Source: an uncultured Gemmatimonadales bacterium (lineage in GTDB: Bacteria; Gemmatimonadota; Gemmatimonadetes; Longimicrobiales; RSA9). From it: a stretch of 64,000 nucleotides of DNA. The stretch's first letter is position 1, and each line of letters starts with the position of its first letter. The position numbers were made by a program, and so were the translations under genes. Under the pieces are notes generated by a model, which saw nothing but the letters and a program-made list of their open reading frames with translations, did no database searches and was not told where the DNA came from. Shown here piece after piece: positions 9,080 to 18,964 of this stretch. The stretch is taken from assembly GCA_963708135.1 (NCBI GenBank), contig OY970192.1:1504001-1568000 (forward strand), written 5' to 3'.

Positions 9080-11278
9080 ATGGTGAGGATGCGTAAGGAA
9101 CGGACGGAGCGCGAGAACGGGATCGCGCCGCCGGGGCGTGCCCGGGGCGCGCGGCTTCTCGGTCCGCTCCTGCTGGGACTTCTGGCGGGCGGCTGCGTGA
9201 TGCAGGCGGGCGGCTCGGGTCCGTACGAGGCGCTGAAGAAGTTCGGCGGCAAGAACATCGACGCGGTCATCTTCCGGAACGCGGCGCCATTCGGCCGCGA
9301 CACGCTGCTCGCGCTGACGATGACGCTGCCGACGCGCTGCAACTTCCTCGGTCTTCCCATCTGCCTTCCGCTTCTTCATGTCGGCCAGGAGCGGCACACG
9401 TTCGATGCCACGGTGCTGCAGCAGGACGTGCAGCGGCTGGAGCTCTTCTACCGGGCGGCGGGCTACTTCGGCACGCAGGTCACGCCGAGCGTGGCCGCGC
9501 GCGGCAGCGACGGCGTGGCCGTGACGTTCACCGTGCTGCCGGGCGACCCGGTCCTGCTGGACACTCTCACGGTGACGGGGCTCTCCGGCATCGTGGATCC
9601 GGACTCGCTCGCGCGCCGCCTGCCGCTCCAGCCGGGTCAGCTGTTCGACGTGAACAAGTTCCTCGCGGCGGCGGACACGGTGCGGGGCGTGCTGCTCGCG
9701 CGCGGCCACGCCTACGCGCAGGTGCTGCGCAACTACGGCGTGGACACGGTCCGGAACCGGGCGACGGCGGAGATCGATGCCATTCCCGGCCCGCGCGTGC
9801 GGATCGACTCGATCCTGGTGATCGGGGCCCGGCACCTGGGCCGGACCGCCGTGCTTCGGCAGGTGACCGCGCGTCCGGGGGAGTACCTCCAGCTCCCGAA
9901 ACTGGTGGAAAGCCAGCGGAACCTCTACGGGCTCGACATCGTGCAGATCGCCACCGTGGGCATCGCGCCTGACTCCCTGCAGCAGGCGCCGCAGGATTCC
10001 TCCAGGGCGACGATCGCGGCGCGTATCGTGGAGGCGCCGGAGCACCAGGTGGAAGCGGCGCTGGGCTTCGGGTCGGTGGAATGCCTGCGCACGGAGGAGA
10101 GCTGGGTGGACCGCAGCCTCGGCGGCGGCGCGCGCAGGCTGGAGATCAATGGCTCGGTGAGCAAGATCGGGATCGGCACGGGTCTCGGCGGCAACCTGTG
10201 CTCCGCGTACGCCGGCGACCTCTACTCGAGCCGCCTCGACTACCAGTTGTCCACGCAGCTCACGCAGCCGTTTTTCCTGACCCCGACGAACCACCTTTCG
10301 CTCACCGTGTACGCGCAGCGGCAGTCGGCGCCGAAGGTCTACCAGCGCACGGCCCAGGGCGCCCGCACGGCCGTGGCGCACCGGCTTTCCACGCGCGAGG
10401 CGCTGACCTCGTCGATAAGCCTCGAGCGCTCGCATACCGATGCGACGCCAGTGGTCTACTGCATCGCGCTCCAGGCCTGCGAGCGCTCCCTGGTGGACTC
10501 GCTCTCGCAGGCGCGCTGGCGCAACATGCTCGGAACGGAGTGGCTCCGGGACCGCACCAACGCGCCGCTCAGCCCGACGGCCGGCTACGTCGCGCGGCTC
10601 TCGCTCGAGTGGTCCGCGCGCTGGCTCGGCTCGCGGGTGCGCTTCGTCCGGCTCACCGGCAACGTCAACTACTATCTCACGCTCAGCCCCGGCTACGTGC
10701 TGGCCGCCGACGCCCGCTTCGGGTCCTTCTTCCGCGGCGTGGGTCTCACCCCCGGGCAGAGCTTTCTGTCCCCCGAAGACCGCTTCTACACCGGCGGCGC
10801 GACGAGCGTGCGCGGCTTCGGCCAGCCCCTGCTCGGGCCGATCGCGTACGTCGCGGACACCATCCGGATCGGCGAGAACGACAAGGTCCTGGAGACCTAC
10901 GGGTTGCGCTCCGTCCCGACCGGCGGCACGGCGATGGGGGTGGCCAACCTGGAGCTTCGCACGCCGTCCCCCTTCCTGGCCGGCCGGGTGCGCTGGGCCT
11001 TCTTCGTGGACGGCGGCGCGGTCGGCTCGGACCCGCTGTGGAGCCTCGGCGCTCACGATTGGCGCTTCACTCCCGGGGCGGGTGTGCGGGTGAGCACCCC
11101 GGTGGGGCCGATCCGGCTCGACGTCGCCTACAACCCCTACCCGCCGACGAGCGGTCCGCTCTTCCTGATCACGCCGGCCGGGAACCAGCTCAGCCGCTTC
11201 TCGGACTCGTTCCGGCCGCCCACCGACTCGTTCTGGCGCCGGCTGCACTTCAACCTGGCCGTGGGCCAGCCGTTCTGA
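9080..11278 (+). CDS. tamA: Omp85/TamA(TamL)-type outer-membrane protein with POTRA domains
   Basis: Lipobox-like LAGGC, POTRA-like YRAAGYF, FYTGGATSVRGF, TPVGPIRLDVA and C-terminal VGQPF. Directly upstream of tamB. Confidence 0.85.
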   Translation: MVRMRKERTERENGIAPPGRARGARLLGPLLLGLLAGGCVMQAGGSGPYEALKKFGGKNIDAVIFRNAAPFGRDTLLALTMTLPTRCNFLGLPICLPLLHVGQERHTFDATVLQQDVQRLELFYRAAGYFGTQVTPSVAARGSDGVAVTFTVLPGDPVLLDTLTVTGLSGIVDPDSLARRLPLQPGQLFDVNKFLAAADTVRGVLLARGHAYAQVLRNYGVDTVRNRATAEIDAIPGPRVRIDSILVIGARHLGRTAVLRQVTARPGEYLQLPKLVESQRNLYGLDIVQIATVGIAPDSLQQAPQDSSRATIAARIVEAPEHQVEAALGFGSVECLRTEESWVDRSLGGGARRLEINGSVSKIGIGTGLGGNLCSAYAGDLYSSRLDYQLSTQLTQPFFLTPTNHLSLTVYAQRQSAPKVYQRTAQGARTAVAHRLSTREALTSSISLERSHTDATPVVYCIALQACERSLVDSLSQARWRNMLGTEWLRDRTNAPLSPTAGYVARLSLEWSARWLGSRVRFVRLTGNVNYYLTLSPGYVLAADARFGSFFRGVGLTPGQSFLSPEDRFYTGGATSVRGFGQPLLGPIAYVADTIRIGENDKVLETYGLRSVPTGGTAMGVANLELRTPSPFLAGRVRWAFFVDGGAVGSDPLWSLGAHDWRFTPGAGVRVSTPVGPIRLDVAYNPYPPTSGPLFLITPAGNQLSRFSDSFRPPTDSFWRRLHFNLAVGQPF

Positions 11279-14200
11279 TGGCGCGCGGCGACGCTCCCCA
11301 CCCGACCCGCCCCGGCGTGGTAGCGGCGCTCGCCGCCGCCCTGGCGCTGGCGGTGCTCGGGGGGTGGTGGTACTGGACGGGGGGCGGCCACGCACGCCGG
11401 CCGGCGGCCCCGGAGGCGAAGAACGGGGCGAACATCCGGCCCGTGGCGGTGGCCGAGATCAGCCGCTTCGACCGCCGCATCTACGACGAGTTGCACCGCA
11501 CGCGCCCGCGCACCACGCCGCTGCGTGGCGTGGCCAGGGTGACGGTCACGAACATCCGCTGGCGGGATGCGCGCGGGCGGCCGTTCCTGGACGCTGACGG
11601 CGTGACGGGCAAGCTGGACCTGGGCGCGCTCGCGCGCGGCGATTTCGTCGCCTCCCAGGTCGAGTCGCGCAACCCCGACGTGCTGCTCTACAAGCAGGCG
11701 GGCGACACGCTCTGGAACTACGAGCGCGTGCTCGCCGCGTTCCTGGTCGGCGGCGCCTCCTCCGGTCGCGGCGGGGGCCAGGCGCCCCGGACGGTGCTCG
11801 TGCGCGACCTGCGCATCGACGGCGGCAAGGCGCGCCTCGAGATGCCGGCCCGGACGCTCCGGTTCCTGGACGTGCAGGCGCAGCTTGCACGCGTGGCGCT
11901 ATCCGGGCCCGCCCTCCCCGCGCCGCAGGTGGAGCTCGCGCAGGGCACGGCCGTCTACGCCTCGGGCGACACCGTGCGCTTCCCGTTCTCCGTCGCCGGT
12001 GGCGTCTTCGAGTTCCCCACGGACAGCACGACGTTCCGGATCGCGACGGTGTCGTTCGGCCAGAGCCGGATCGAGGAGCTGCGCGGCTTCTACGATCCGA
12101 CTGCGCCGGGGCTGGGGGTCCGCGCCGCGGGGGTCGCGTCCCACCTGCGGCTCGCGGACCTGAGCGCGTTCCTGCCCGGGGCGAAGGGAGAGGAAGGCGT
12201 GGCATCGGGACGCTTCACGCTCGCGCCGACGGCCGCGGGTGGGCCGCGGCTCGGCATCGAGCATCTCGCGCTCGCCACCCAGGCCTCGAGGGCGACCGGC
12301 TCGCTCACGCTCGAGGTCGGAGCGGAAGGCACCCGGATCGAGTCCGCCGACCTGCGCCTGACCCCGCTGCAGCTCACCCTGGTAGAGCGGCTGACCGGCC
12401 GCACGCTTCCCTTCCACGGCACCGTCACGGGACGGCTGATGGGGACGGGCGGCGTGCTGCACTTCGAGGCGCTCGCGCAGCTCACCCGGCAGGGCAAGGG
12501 GCCGTACACCGTGAATCTCGAGGGCGAGCTCACGCAGCAGGCGCACGGCTTCGGGATTCAGGGGCTCACGCTGAACGTGAAGCAGCTCCCGCTCGAGGCG
12601 GTGCGCGCGCTCATGCCCGTCCCGCTACAGGGCAACATCAGCGGGAAGGTGACCCTCACGGGGGCGCCCGGCGCCGGCCCGATGCGAGTGGACGTCCGCC
12701 TGGATGTCGGCGGGGGCGTGGCCGTGGTGCAGGGCACCATCAACCCCGGGAAGGAGGCGCCGAGCTACGACCTCTCGGGCCGCCTCATCGATCTCCGGCT
12801 GCGCGACCTCCTCGCCCACGCGCCTCCCGCGGCGCTGACGGCGACGTTCTCGGCGTCGGGCCAGGGGCTCTCTCCGGCGACGGCGACGACGCACCTGCGC
12901 GTGGACGGCCGCTTCACCGGCTGGCGCACGACGCCAGGCGACCGCATTGCGGTGCACGCGGACCTCGAGCGGGGCACCCTCACGCTGGACACGCTGCTCG
13001 TCAACCTGGCCACGCTGCGCGTGGCGGCGGCGGGCCGCTGGACGGTCGAGGCACCGGGCGGCGGGGGGATCACCTATCGCGCTTCTCTCGCCTCGATGGC
13101 GCCGTTCGCGCCCTACGTGCCGGGACCGAACGGGGTGGCCGCGGCGGGTTCCTGGACCGTGGCCGGCACGCTCTCGGGGACACTCGCGCGCCCGGAGCTG
13201 GGCGGTACCCTGGCCGCGGACTCTCTGCGCTACGCGGACTGGGCTCTCCACCACGCCACGGGGAGCTACCGCCTCGGGCTGGGCGAGCCCGTCCCGGCGG
13301 TGGCTCTCGACGTGGTGGGGCAGACGTTCCACACGCCGACGCTGGGGGACTTCTCGACGCTTCGCCTCCAGGCGCAGCTCGCCCAGCCGCAACTCTCGAT
13401 GGCGCTGCGGGGGGAGCGGCCCGGCGGCGGCGCGGTGGAGCTCGTCGCCGACGGGCAGGTCCCGGCCAGCGGCCCGCGCATCCTCACGCTACGCACCTTC
13501 TCCGCCGACCTGGCCGGCAAGCAGTGGGCGCTCGAGCAGCCAGCCGTCGTAACGTGGACGCCTGGCGCCGCGCTCGACGTGCAGGGGCTCACGATCCAGC
13601 AGGCGGGAGGCGAGGGGCGGCTCGCGCTCTCCGGCCGACTGCTGCCGGCGGACGAGGCGCAGTTCACCCTGTCAACGACGGCGCTCCCGGTGGGCGACGC
13701 GTTCCAGCTGGCGGGCCGCGCGCCGCCCTTGACGGGCGACCTGTGGCTGACGGCGCAGGTCCAGGGACCGGGCGCGGCGCCGGCGCTGAAGGGGGAGTTC
13801 CAGCTGCGGCAGGGGAACATCGAGGGAGTCGCGCTGACCGCGCTGCACGGCACCATGAGCTACCGCGACCGCCGGCTCACCGCCTCGACGGAGGTGGACA
13901 TCGCCAATGGCGGCTCGATCCGCGCGGAGGCCGACCTGCCGGCCGAGCTCACGCTCGGGGCGCCGCCGAAGCTGTCGCTGCTGGGCACCGGCGCGGCGCA
14001 CGGGCGGCTGGTGGCGGACACGGTACCGCTGCGGATCGTCTCCTCGCTGGTCTCGCAGGTGAGAGACGTGGACGGCTATGTCAGCGCAAGCCTCGCCCTG
14101 GCCGGCACGGCGGAGAACCCGGAGCTCTCCGGGTCGGCGTCCCTGCTGGGCGGCGCGGTCACCATCCCGGCCGTGGACCAGCGCTACGACCAGATCACGG

Positions 14201-15429
14201 GCACGCTCGCGCTCCAGGACCGGCGCGTGGTCATCGAGGACCTGCGGGCGCACAGCGGCGGCTGGGCGGTAGCCACGGGGAACATCGTGCTCAAGGAGCT
14301 GAACAACCCGGTGGCCGACGTGAAGCTGAGCCTGGACGGCTTCCGTCCGATGAACGCGCCGAACCAGCAGGACGCGGCGGCGTGGGGCGAGCTGCACCTG
14401 ACGGGTGCCGTCCATTCGCCGACGCTCACCGGGGCCGTCCGGCTCGACGACGGCACCCTGGTCGTGCCCACCGGCGCGCAGGCGGGCAACCTGGCGGCGG
14501 CGGAGGCGGGCGCGCCGCCGCTCGCGGGCGCGCAGATCGCCTCGACACCGGCCACGCCGTTCGCGCAGGCGCTCACGGTGGAGGGACTCGGGGTCACGGC
14601 CGGCCAGGACCTGTGGTTCGCCACACCGCAGCAGGAGGCGCGGGTGCAGCTGTCGGGGACGCTCACCGTCTACAAGTCGGGGAGCGAGATCCGGGTATTC
14701 GGCGCCCTCACCGGGCAGCGCGGCACGTTTACGCTGTTCGCCGGGCCCATCATCCGGCGGCTGGACATCGTGCAGGCGCAGATCCGCTTCCTTGGCGGCA
14801 CGCAGCTGAACCCGCAGATCGACATCGTGGCGCAGAAGACGGTGCTCGACGCGCAGCAGCGGCAGGTCGGCATCCTGGCGCACATGACGGGCAGCCTGGA
14901 GTCGCCGCAGCTCGCGCTGTCCACGGCGGAAGGCGTGCAGATCCCGGAGTCGGAGCTGCTGAGCTTCCTGGTCTTCGGGCAGCCGAGCTTCGAGCTGGGC
15001 AACCAGCGGCTGATCCAGCAGACGGTGGTGGGCGGGGCGGCGCAGCTGCTGAGCCTGCAGCTCCAGCAGGCACTGGCGGCGCAGGGCGTGTTCGGGCTGG
15101 ACGTACTGGAGATCCGGCCGGGCCCGCAGGGGGCGCTCGGAGGGCTCGGCTCCTCACACGTGGTGGCGGGCGTGGAGGTCTACCGGAGCGTGTTCCTCAC
15201 GGTGGAGGGAGCCATCGGCGCCCTGTTCGGGTCGTCGGCGGAAACCGGCAGTGGTGGGATCTACGCCTGGCACCTGAACTGGCAGGCGAATCCGGGCACG
15301 TCGCTGCGTCTGGGGTGGGAACCCGTCAATCCGGCGTCGCTCCCCGGCATGTTCACCAACACGCTACCGGGCGCCCTGAGCGCGGTCCAGCAGGTTACCG
15401 TCGAGATCCGTCGCCGATGGACATACTGA
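11278..15429 (+). CDS. tamB: TamB/AsmA-like translocation and assembly module protein (DUF490 C-terminus)
   Basis: About 1383 aa with an N-terminal TM, a long beta-rich body and LNPQIDIVA...P.ESELLSFLVFG near the end. TGATG coupling to tamA. Confidence 0.82.
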   Translation: MARGDAPHPTRPGVVAALAAALALAVLGGWWYWTGGGHARRPAAPEAKNGANIRPVAVAEISRFDRRIYDELHRTRPRTTPLRGVARVTVTNIRWRDARGRPFLDADGVTGKLDLGALARGDFVASQVESRNPDVLLYKQAGDTLWNYERVLAAFLVGGASSGRGGGQAPRTVLVRDLRIDGGKARLEMPARTLRFLDVQAQLARVALSGPALPAPQVELAQGTAVYASGDTVRFPFSVAGGVFEFPTDSTTFRIATVSFGQSRIEELRGFYDPTAPGLGVRAAGVASHLRLADLSAFLPGAKGEEGVASGRFTLAPTAAGGPRLGIEHLALATQASRATGSLTLEVGAEGTRIESADLRLTPLQLTLVERLTGRTLPFHGTVTGRLMGTGGVLHFEALAQLTRQGKGPYTVNLEGELTQQAHGFGIQGLTLNVKQLPLEAVRALMPVPLQGNISGKVTLTGAPGAGPMRVDVRLDVGGGVAVVQGTINPGKEAPSYDLSGRLIDLRLRDLLAHAPPAALTATFSASGQGLSPATATTHLRVDGRFTGWRTTPGDRIAVHADLERGTLTLDTLLVNLATLRVAAAGRWTVEAPGGGGITYRASLASMAPFAPYVPGPNGVAAAGSWTVAGTLSGTLARPELGGTLAADSLRYADWALHHATGSYRLGLGEPVPAVALDVVGQTFHTPTLGDFSTLRLQAQLAQPQLSMALRGERPGGGAVELVADGQVPASGPRILTLRTFSADLAGKQWALEQPAVVTWTPGAALDVQGLTIQQAGGEGRLALSGRLLPADEAQFTLSTTALPVGDAFQLAGRAPPLTGDLWLTAQVQGPGAAPALKGEFQLRQGNIEGVALTALHGTMSYRDRRLTASTEVDIANGGSIRAEADLPAELTLGAPPKLSLLGTGAAHGRLVADTVPLRIVSSLVSQVRDVDGYVSASLALAGTAENPELSGSASLLGGAVTIPAVDQRYDQITGTLALQDRRVVIEDLRAHSGGWAVATGNIVLKELNNPVADVKLSLDGFRPMNAPNQQDAAAWGELHLTGAVHSPTLTGAVRLDDGTLVVPTGAQAGNLAAAEAGAPPLAGAQIASTPATPFAQALTVEGLGVTAGQDLWFATPQQEARVQLSGTLTVYKSGSEIRVFGALTGQRGTFTLFAGPIIRRLDIVQAQIRFLGGTQLNPQIDIVAQKTVLDAQQRQVGILAHMTGSLESPQLALSTAEGVQIPESELLSFLVFGQPSFELGNQRLIQQTVVGGAAQLLSLQLQQALAAQGVFGLDVLEIRPGPQGALGGLGSSHVVAGVEVYRSVFLTVEGAIGALFGSSAETGSGGIYAWHLNWQANPGTSLRLGWEPVNPASLPGMFTNTLPGALSAVQQVTVEIRRRWTY

Positions 15430-16384
15430 CGGGCACCGCGGCCTCGGTCTCTCCCACCCGCCGGATGGCCGCGTCGAGGATCGCGGCGCGGATCCGGGCC
15501 AGCGAGTCCTTGCTCACGCTCTGGCGCGGGCGGTAGCGCTCGACGCCGGCGGGCAGCGCCTCCTCGACCCAGCGCGGCGCGCCGGGCCAGAGGAAGAGGG
15601 AACGCGCGCCGCGGGCAACCTCCGCGAGCCCGGCACGGTCCGCCACGCCGACGACGCGCACCGCCTCGCCGTCCACCATGATGCCGCAGTGGTCGAGCGC
15701 GCGGCGGATCTTCGGCACGGCGGGTCCGTCGGCGGCGACGATGACGAGCGGCCCCTGAGCGACGCGGAGCCCGAGTTCGGCCACGAGCTCCGGGGAGAGC
15801 GTCGCCTCGATGATCGGGCGGCCAGGCAGCATGGCGGCCAGCTCGTAATAGTGGTAGGGCGTGGTCACGAGCACGGGAGCCTCGGCGAGCACCGGATCGT
15901 CGGCCCGGATCTCGCTCATGACGACGGGCGTGGCCCGCACGCCGAGGCGGTCGCGCAGCTCGGCCGCGAGGGCGTCCGCCTGCCCGTGGTCGCACTCGAC
16001 GACGGGCAGCCGCAGCCGCTCGAGCTCGGCGATCGCAGTCACCAGCTGGAGGATGGTGCGCGTGTCGAGGCCGAGCGCGCGCGCGCCGTCGTAGGTATTT
16101 TCCAGCCAGCGCCGGTACAACCGCTCGAGAGGGCCGGCCGCGTGTCGGTGCGTCGGCGCGCTGAGGTACACGCCGGACCTCGCCCGCACCCGGACGAGAC
16201 CCTCCTCCTCCAGCCGCCGGTACGCGGCGGCGGCGGTCTTGCGGTCCACGTTCTCCGCATCGGCGATTTCGCGGATGCTCGGCAGCCGGTCTCCGGCCCG
16301 CCAGTGCCCCAGATAGAGACCCGAGATCATGCGCTCCCGCAGCCGATCCAGGATGATTGCTCCAGCTACGTGTTCCCTGCCCAT
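15395..16384 (-). CDS. GntR-family transcriptional regulator
   Basis: GDRLPSIREIA...AYRRLEEEGLV...SGVY wHTH. GGAGGAG RBS precedes ATG 16384; alternative start 16402. Confidence 0.85.
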   Translation of the reverse strand: MGREHVAGAIILDRLRERMISGLYLGHWRAGDRLPSIREIADAENVDRKTAAAAYRRLEEEGLVRVRARSGVYLSAPTHRHAAGPLERLYRRWLENTYDGARALGLDTRTILQLVTAIAELERLRLPVVECDHGQADALAAELRDRLGVRATPVVMSEIRADDPVLAEAPVLVTTPYHYYELAAMLPGRPIIEATLSPELVAELGLRVAQGPLVIVAADGPAVPKIRRALDHCGIMVDGEAVRVVGVADRAGLAEVARGARSLFLWPGAPRWVEEALPAGVERYRPRQSVSKDSLARIRAAILDAAIRRVGETEAAVPVSMSIGDGSRR

Positions 16385-16427
16385 GGACCGCGTCTCCTCC
16401 ATGTAGGGTGAAGTGCGCGCGTGAGTC

Positions 16428-16442
16428 GCAAGAAGGATTCCA
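16428..16442 (-). promoter_or_regulatory. Putative sigma54 promoter for the gntR gene
   Basis: Minus strand TGGAAT-CCTTC-TTGC. Confidence 0.55.
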
Positions 16443-16462
16443 GATCGGAAGGCTGCCGCGAA

Positions 16463-18241
16463 ATGCTGCTCCACCTCCTTATTGCCCTGCAACTCCCGGC
16501 CACGGCGCCGCCGCAGGACTCCGCGCGGGCGTTGCGCCGGGAGGCGAAGCACGCGGAATCGCGCTACGAGCGGCTGACGCGGCGGCTGGCGCCGAGGACG
16601 CTTGGCGGCGGCTCACACGAGCCGTGCGATGAGGTGGTCGGCCGGTTCTGTCTGCGCTTCGATCCGGACGAGCGGAGCACACCGCTGCCGGCCGAGGCCC
16701 CGGCGGCGGTGGCGGCGCGGCTGGACGCGGTGCGGCGGCTCGAGCGGGCGGCCGAGGCGGCGCCCCGCAACGGCGCAATGGCGGGTGCGCTGGTGCGTCA
16801 CCTCGTCGAGATGGACAGCGCGGGCGCGGCGGTGGCGGCCGCGCGCAGGTTCGCCGCCGCGTCGCCGGACACCGCATGGGCGCCGCTCCTGCTCGGCTTC
16901 GCGCTCCACGCGGCGGGCCAGGACAGCGCGGCGGAGGCGTACTTCGACGGCGCGGCGGCGCGGCTTTCCGAGGAGGAGCGGCGGCGGCTCCGTCCCGACG
17001 TGCTGCTCCCCGGTGAGGAGCGGCACGCGCTCGGCCGGCTCGGTCCGGATGCCCGCCTCCGCTATGCCGCCGCCCTCTGGCGGCTGTCGGACCCGCTGTA
17101 CCTGACGCCGGGCAACGAGGTGCGGGCGGAGCATGTGGCACGCTACGTCTGGTGCCGGATCCTCGCGGACGTTCCCGTCGTCACCGACATGACCTCGTGG
17201 GGGTGGGACCTGGAAGAGCTGACCATGCGCTACGGCGTGCCGCGCGGACGCAGCCGCGAGGTCGGGTTCGGCGCGGAGCCCGACGCCCTCATCGAGCGCT
17301 ACGATCCGGCCGCGCTCGCCTTCGTCCCCGAGTCCCTGCTCTCGGTGGGAATCCGCGCGACGCCGCCGCCGGGCACGCCCTGGCCGCTCGAGGCGCGTGT
17401 CGCCCACACCGGCTACGCGCCCGCCACGTTCCGCCTGATGCTGCCGCTCGCCCCGCAGGTCTCCCGCTTCCCCGCCGGGGACTCCGTGCGCGTCCGCATC
17501 GACGCCACGCTGCCTCTCGACTCCCTGCCCCGCGGCGTGCGCCGCGTCCGCACGGCCCTCTTCGTACTGCCCGACGACAGCGCGCTGCTGCGCGGCGACA
17601 CGGCGCTGCGCGCCCATGTCGCGCGACTCGTCGAGACCGGCGACGACAGCGCACACGTCGCGCTGGAGGCCACGCTCCCACCAGGCCGCTATATCTACAG
17701 CATCGAGGCGCTCTCCGAGGACGGCCGACTGGCGCTCCGGGCGCGCCACAGCGTGCACCTCGAGACCGCCCCGCCGCCCGGCCGTCCAGCCGTGTCGGAT
17801 CCGCTCATCGCGGCGCCGCTCCCCGCCGGGGTCACGCCGGCCGGCCGGCAGGATCCCCGCCTGCGGCCGAGGGGCGGACTGGACCTCACCACCGGTGACA
17901 CGATCGGGATCTACGCCGAGGTCTCCGGCCTCGCCGCCGGCCGCGACGGCAGGCCGCGCTACGCCGTCGACCTCTGGCTCGAGCGGCTGGGGCATCCTTC
18001 GCTGCCGGGACGGGCGATCCGCTGGCTCGGCAGGCGCCTGGGCCTCGGCTCCGAGCACCGGCCGATCCGGCTCGGGTGGCAGGCGGAAGGCGACGACGCG
18101 GGCCGTGGCACCGTCGCCGTGAGCCTCCCGCTGCCGGCGATCCCCGCGGATCTCTACGCGCTGCACCTCGAGGTCACGGACCGGACGACGGGAGGACGCA
18201 CCGCGGTGTCTCGCGTGGTGCGGGTGCTGCGCCCGAGGTGA
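16463..18241 (+). CDS. Exported hypothetical protein with GWxTD-like domain
   Basis: Signal-like N-terminus. LWRLSDPLYLTPGNE..EHVAR and WGWD..ELTMRYGVP resemble the GWxTD domain. Beta-sandwich-like C-terminus. Confidence 0.6.
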   Translation: MLLHLLIALQLPATAPPQDSARALRREAKHAESRYERLTRRLAPRTLGGGSHEPCDEVVGRFCLRFDPDERSTPLPAEAPAAVAARLDAVRRLERAAEAAPRNGAMAGALVRHLVEMDSAGAAVAAARRFAAASPDTAWAPLLLGFALHAAGQDSAAEAYFDGAAARLSEEERRRLRPDVLLPGEERHALGRLGPDARLRYAAALWRLSDPLYLTPGNEVRAEHVARYVWCRILADVPVVTDMTSWGWDLEELTMRYGVPRGRSREVGFGAEPDALIERYDPAALAFVPESLLSVGIRATPPPGTPWPLEARVAHTGYAPATFRLMLPLAPQVSRFPAGDSVRVRIDATLPLDSLPRGVRRVRTALFVLPDDSALLRGDTALRAHVARLVETGDDSAHVALEATLPPGRYIYSIEALSEDGRLALRARHSVHLETAPPPGRPAVSDPLIAAPLPAGVTPAGRQDPRLRPRGGLDLTTGDTIGIYAEVSGLAAGRDGRPRYAVDLWLERLGHPSLPGRAIRWLGRRLGLGSEHRPIRLGWQAEGDDAGRGTVAVSLPLPAIPADLYALHLEVTDRTTGGRTAVSRVVRVLRPR

Positions 18242-18245
18242 ACGC

Positions 18246-18962
18246 TCAGAAGCGCGGAAAGAGAGTCGCGCCGACGAGCGCGCGCAGATGGCTCACGAAC
18301 CCCACCGTCCCCTGCCCTCCCCCCGGCGGCGGGCCGGGCGCGGGCGCCACGTGGTCCGTCACCTGGAAGTCGAGCGCGAAGCCGTGGACGGGCACGAGCA
18401 CGCCCGCGCCGAGCACTCCCGCGGGGCGAGTGATGGCGCGCCGGCCGAACGCCGCGGGGGCACCGGCGGGGATCGGCGCATCGGGCACCGGCCGCGCCGC
18501 GTACGTGACGGCGCCCAACCCCACGATCCCGTACGGCTTCGCCCGGTAGCGAAGCGGAATGCGGACCAGGAGGTCGACGTCCAGCAGCCAGATCCCGAGC
18601 TGGGCGTACTGCACCGGCGTCCCGCCGTACGGCTGCTCGGCCAGCTCGGCCGGGCGCACCTCGAAGCGCGAGGGCGCGAGCGAGGCCATCGCCCGGACGG
18701 CGACGCCATCGCTCAGCCAGTACCCGACGCCCGCCGCCACCGCGGCGCTCGGCGAGGCCGAGACGCGACGGTGGACGGTGGCACCATCGTCGGCGAACGG
18801 AACCGGCACCGGCGCGCCCCGCTGGAAATCGCTGAACACCGCTCCGCCCGCGAAGACGGAGAGCATGAGCCGGCCTGCCGGTGCCGGGGCGCGCTGCGCC
18901 GCCGCTGGTGCGCTCGCCGCGAAAACGAGGGCGAAGGCGAGTACTGGGATTCCGGATCTCAT
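18246..18962 (-). CDS. Exported hypothetical protein, probable small outer-membrane beta-barrel
   Basis: Signal peptide ending APAAAQ, alternating beta strands, KPYGIVGLG and C-terminal Phe. Confidence 0.55.
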   Translation of the reverse strand: MRSGIPVLAFALVFAASAPAAAQRAPAPAGRLMLSVFAGGAVFSDFQRGAPVPVPFADDGATVHRRVSASPSAAVAAGVGYWLSDGVAVRAMASLAPSRFEVRPAELAEQPYGGTPVQYAQLGIWLLDVDLLVRIPLRYRAKPYGIVGLGAVTYAARPVPDAPIPAGAPAAFGRRAITRPAGVLGAGVLVPVHGFALDFQVTDHVAPAPGPPPGGGQGTVGFVSHLRALVGATLFPRF

Positions 18963-18964
18963 GT

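Noticed and set aside
10081..11277. N-terminal extension of the 1782-aa ORF
   Set aside because: Off-frame overlap with tamA. TamB starts at the TGATG at 11278.
8933..11395. N-terminal 800+ aa of the 1536-aa minus-strand ORF
   Set aside because: Antisense shadow of tamA. The real PQQ gene starts at 8932.
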